IMG/VR virus record: IMGVR_UViG_3300024983_000001 | Span: 64,001-128,000 of that record | Strand: one strand, 5' to 3' | DNA: 64,000 nt | From: a virus | Shown: piece by piece, positions 62,421 to 64,000 of the stretch | Numbering within the stretch: position 1 is the first letter of the stretch | Layout of the letters: each line of letters starts with the position of its first letter | Program-made: the position numbers and the translations under genes | The notes under the pieces: model-generated | The model's database searches: none | The model's input: only the letters and a program-made list of their open reading frames with translations | What the model was told of the DNA's origin: nothing

Positions 62421-63026
62421 ATGAGATTGTATGAGATCGAAGAAGAATCCAAATGGCACATTCAGCTCAAAGAGATTGAAAACGCTGAAGATGCAGGTGA
62501 TGAGTTCTTCACCGAAGATGAGTTGAAGGAAACTTTAGGTGTGAGTTATATTAGCACTTATTCGGCTACGATCAAAAGTAATGCAATCATCGAAGTCCTT
62601 CAGTCACTGAAGGCTGAAATGAAACAAAAGGTAAAGAAATCAATCATCATTGAAGATGATGAGTTTGTTGACTTTCTTCAAGATCGTGGCATTGCTGTTT
62701 CGGATTATGTGAAAGGACTTCGTCGGGTTGGTAACCGCTTGTCTTTGCATGAAAAAACTGAACGCAAAGTTGCGAAAAAAAGTGATGCTCAATCGTTGAT
62801 TTCATTGGGATTTGCTGCCTTGAACAAAGGTGTCAAATACAACATTGACGTGAAATATGCATACGAAGATTATGCAAGTGTTATTCGAATCCTGCAGAAA
62901 CTGGTAACTTGGGAACAAATGGTGGAACATGCAAATGGTGTTTCTTATGAATATGAAGGTTGGAGGAATGCTCTTGACTTCATGAAACAAGTGTGGGATG
63001 AGCCTGATATGTTTCAAAAAGATTGA
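62421..63026 (+). CDS. hypothetical protein
   Basis: AAGGA RBS; promoter at 62361. Confidence 0.75.
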   Translation: MRLYEIEEESKWHIQLKEIENAEDAGDEFFTEDELKETLGVSYISTYSATIKSNAIIEVLQSLKAEMKQKVKKSIIIEDDEFVDFLQDRGIAVSDYVKGLRRVGNRLSLHEKTERKVAKKSDAQSLISLGFAALNKGVKYNIDVKYAYEDYASVIRILQKLVTWEQMVEHANGVSYEYEGWRNALDFMKQVWDEPDMFQKD

Positions 63027-63112
63027 CCCTAATTGTTGACTTACTGCAAAAAACCTGTAGAATAGTCTTTGTTGTGAGAGCAACACCACCTAACTAAACG
63101 GAGATTTACAAA

Positions 63113-63691
63113 ATGGCAAACGATCTGATGACTGCAATGACGACTGATGTGAATGTGGGTATGGACGAAGTCGTTTCTGTGTTTGTTTCGAAATATGAAG
63201 ATGGTCTTTTCCTGAAGAAAGATGAACTTTCGGCAAAAATCAAAACTGCCAAACGTGATATTGATGATCTGCAGAAGGCTGTTGTGGCTTCGGTTGATCA
63301 GGATCAGTATGAAACCACCATTCCTGTGGTTGGTCTGTTCACCAAAGTGACTGGTGTGGATGTGAAGTGGGAAGGTACGTATCAAAACAAAAAGCCTGTC
63401 ATTCAAGTGAATGTTGGTGTGTTTGATGAAAAAAGTGAACGTGACTATGCCTCTTTCACCAAAACCTTTTTGTTCGACATTGCCAAAGAAGATGTTTCGT
63501 TGAACAATTCTTTGAAACAAGAATTGGAAGGTTTGAATGCTGAATTGGTCGAAGTGATGGGACAGATCAAATCTGTTGGTCGCAAAGAACGTCAGATTCG
63601 TGGCAAAATCAGCGAAATGAAACTGGAACAGAGTGGTTATTCTGGTCTGTTGGAAAATCCTGAAATGTTGAAGTTGGTTCAACTGAACTAA
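63113..63691 (+). CDS. coiled-coil hypothetical protein
   Basis: GGAG RBS; terminator at 63704-63730. Confidence 0.8.
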   Translation: MANDLMTAMTTDVNVGMDEVVSVFVSKYEDGLFLKKDELSAKIKTAKRDIDDLQKAVVASVDQDQYETTIPVVGLFTKVTGVDVKWEGTYQNKKPVIQVNVGVFDEKSERDYASFTKTFLFDIAKEDVSLNNSLKQELEGLNAELVEVMGQIKSVGRKERQIRGKISEMKLEQSGYSGLLENPEMLKLVQLN

Positions 63692-63792
63692 AGGAAAAGG
63701 AAGGAGGAGAGAAATCTCCTCTTTTCTTTTAACCGGTTGACTTTTGACCCAATAGTTGTATAATAACTTCACGGTCACAAATGGAGCAAGAC

Positions 63793-64000
63793 ATGTGGTA
63801 CATCATGAAGGGCTATCACTACGACGCCAAGAAAGTGTCAATCGCTGACATTATCAAGGAAGAGCGTGGTAACTTCTCAATCATCATCTGTCAGCGTGAG
63901 TCTGGCTACGACAAAATGACTCCCACCTTTCTCATTTCACACGGCAACGAAATGGATGAGGAACTTGGTGCAACGCGTTATACCCAAGATACTGGCAATG
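63793..64000 (+). CDS. hypothetical protein, truncated by the window end
   Basis: Promoter at 63736; GGAG RBS; open frame to the end. Confidence 0.65.
   Translation, partial: MWYIMKGYHYDAKKVSIADIIKEERGNFSIIICQRESGYDKMTPTFLISHGNEMDEELGATRYTQDTGN

Overview
This window is part of a large lytic, T4-related (jumbo-type) dsDNA phage genome. Supporting evidence: densely packed small ORFs, T4-like late promoters (YATAAATA), virion adhesin genes, free-standing homing endonucleases, a GH108 endolysin and a tRNA. Positions 1-41.3 kb carry auxiliary metabolic genes (NAD salvage NAMPT and NMNAT-Nudix, NAD kinase, NADAR, Nudix hydrolases, GMP reductase, leucyl aminopeptidase, amidinotransferase), envelope enzymes and late virion genes. 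Positions 41.6-44.2 kb are largely non-coding, with a repeated CCAC-N7-GCGG site (origin-like). Positions 44-64 kb are an early region of short gene cassettes, each behind a conserved sigma70-like promoter (about 32 copies), diverging from 61182. Main candidates: (1) a four-copy, covarying two-hairpin RNA leader (GAYAGAC loop exactly 34 nt from the AUG, plus a GGA-loop hairpin over the RBS) in front of both NAD-salvage genes and two unknown genes; (2) a c-di-GMP-I (GEMM) riboswitch in front of two secreted-protein genes; (3) the promoter-cassette array and the origin-like repeats. All product calls come from motif recognition by eye; no database search was run.
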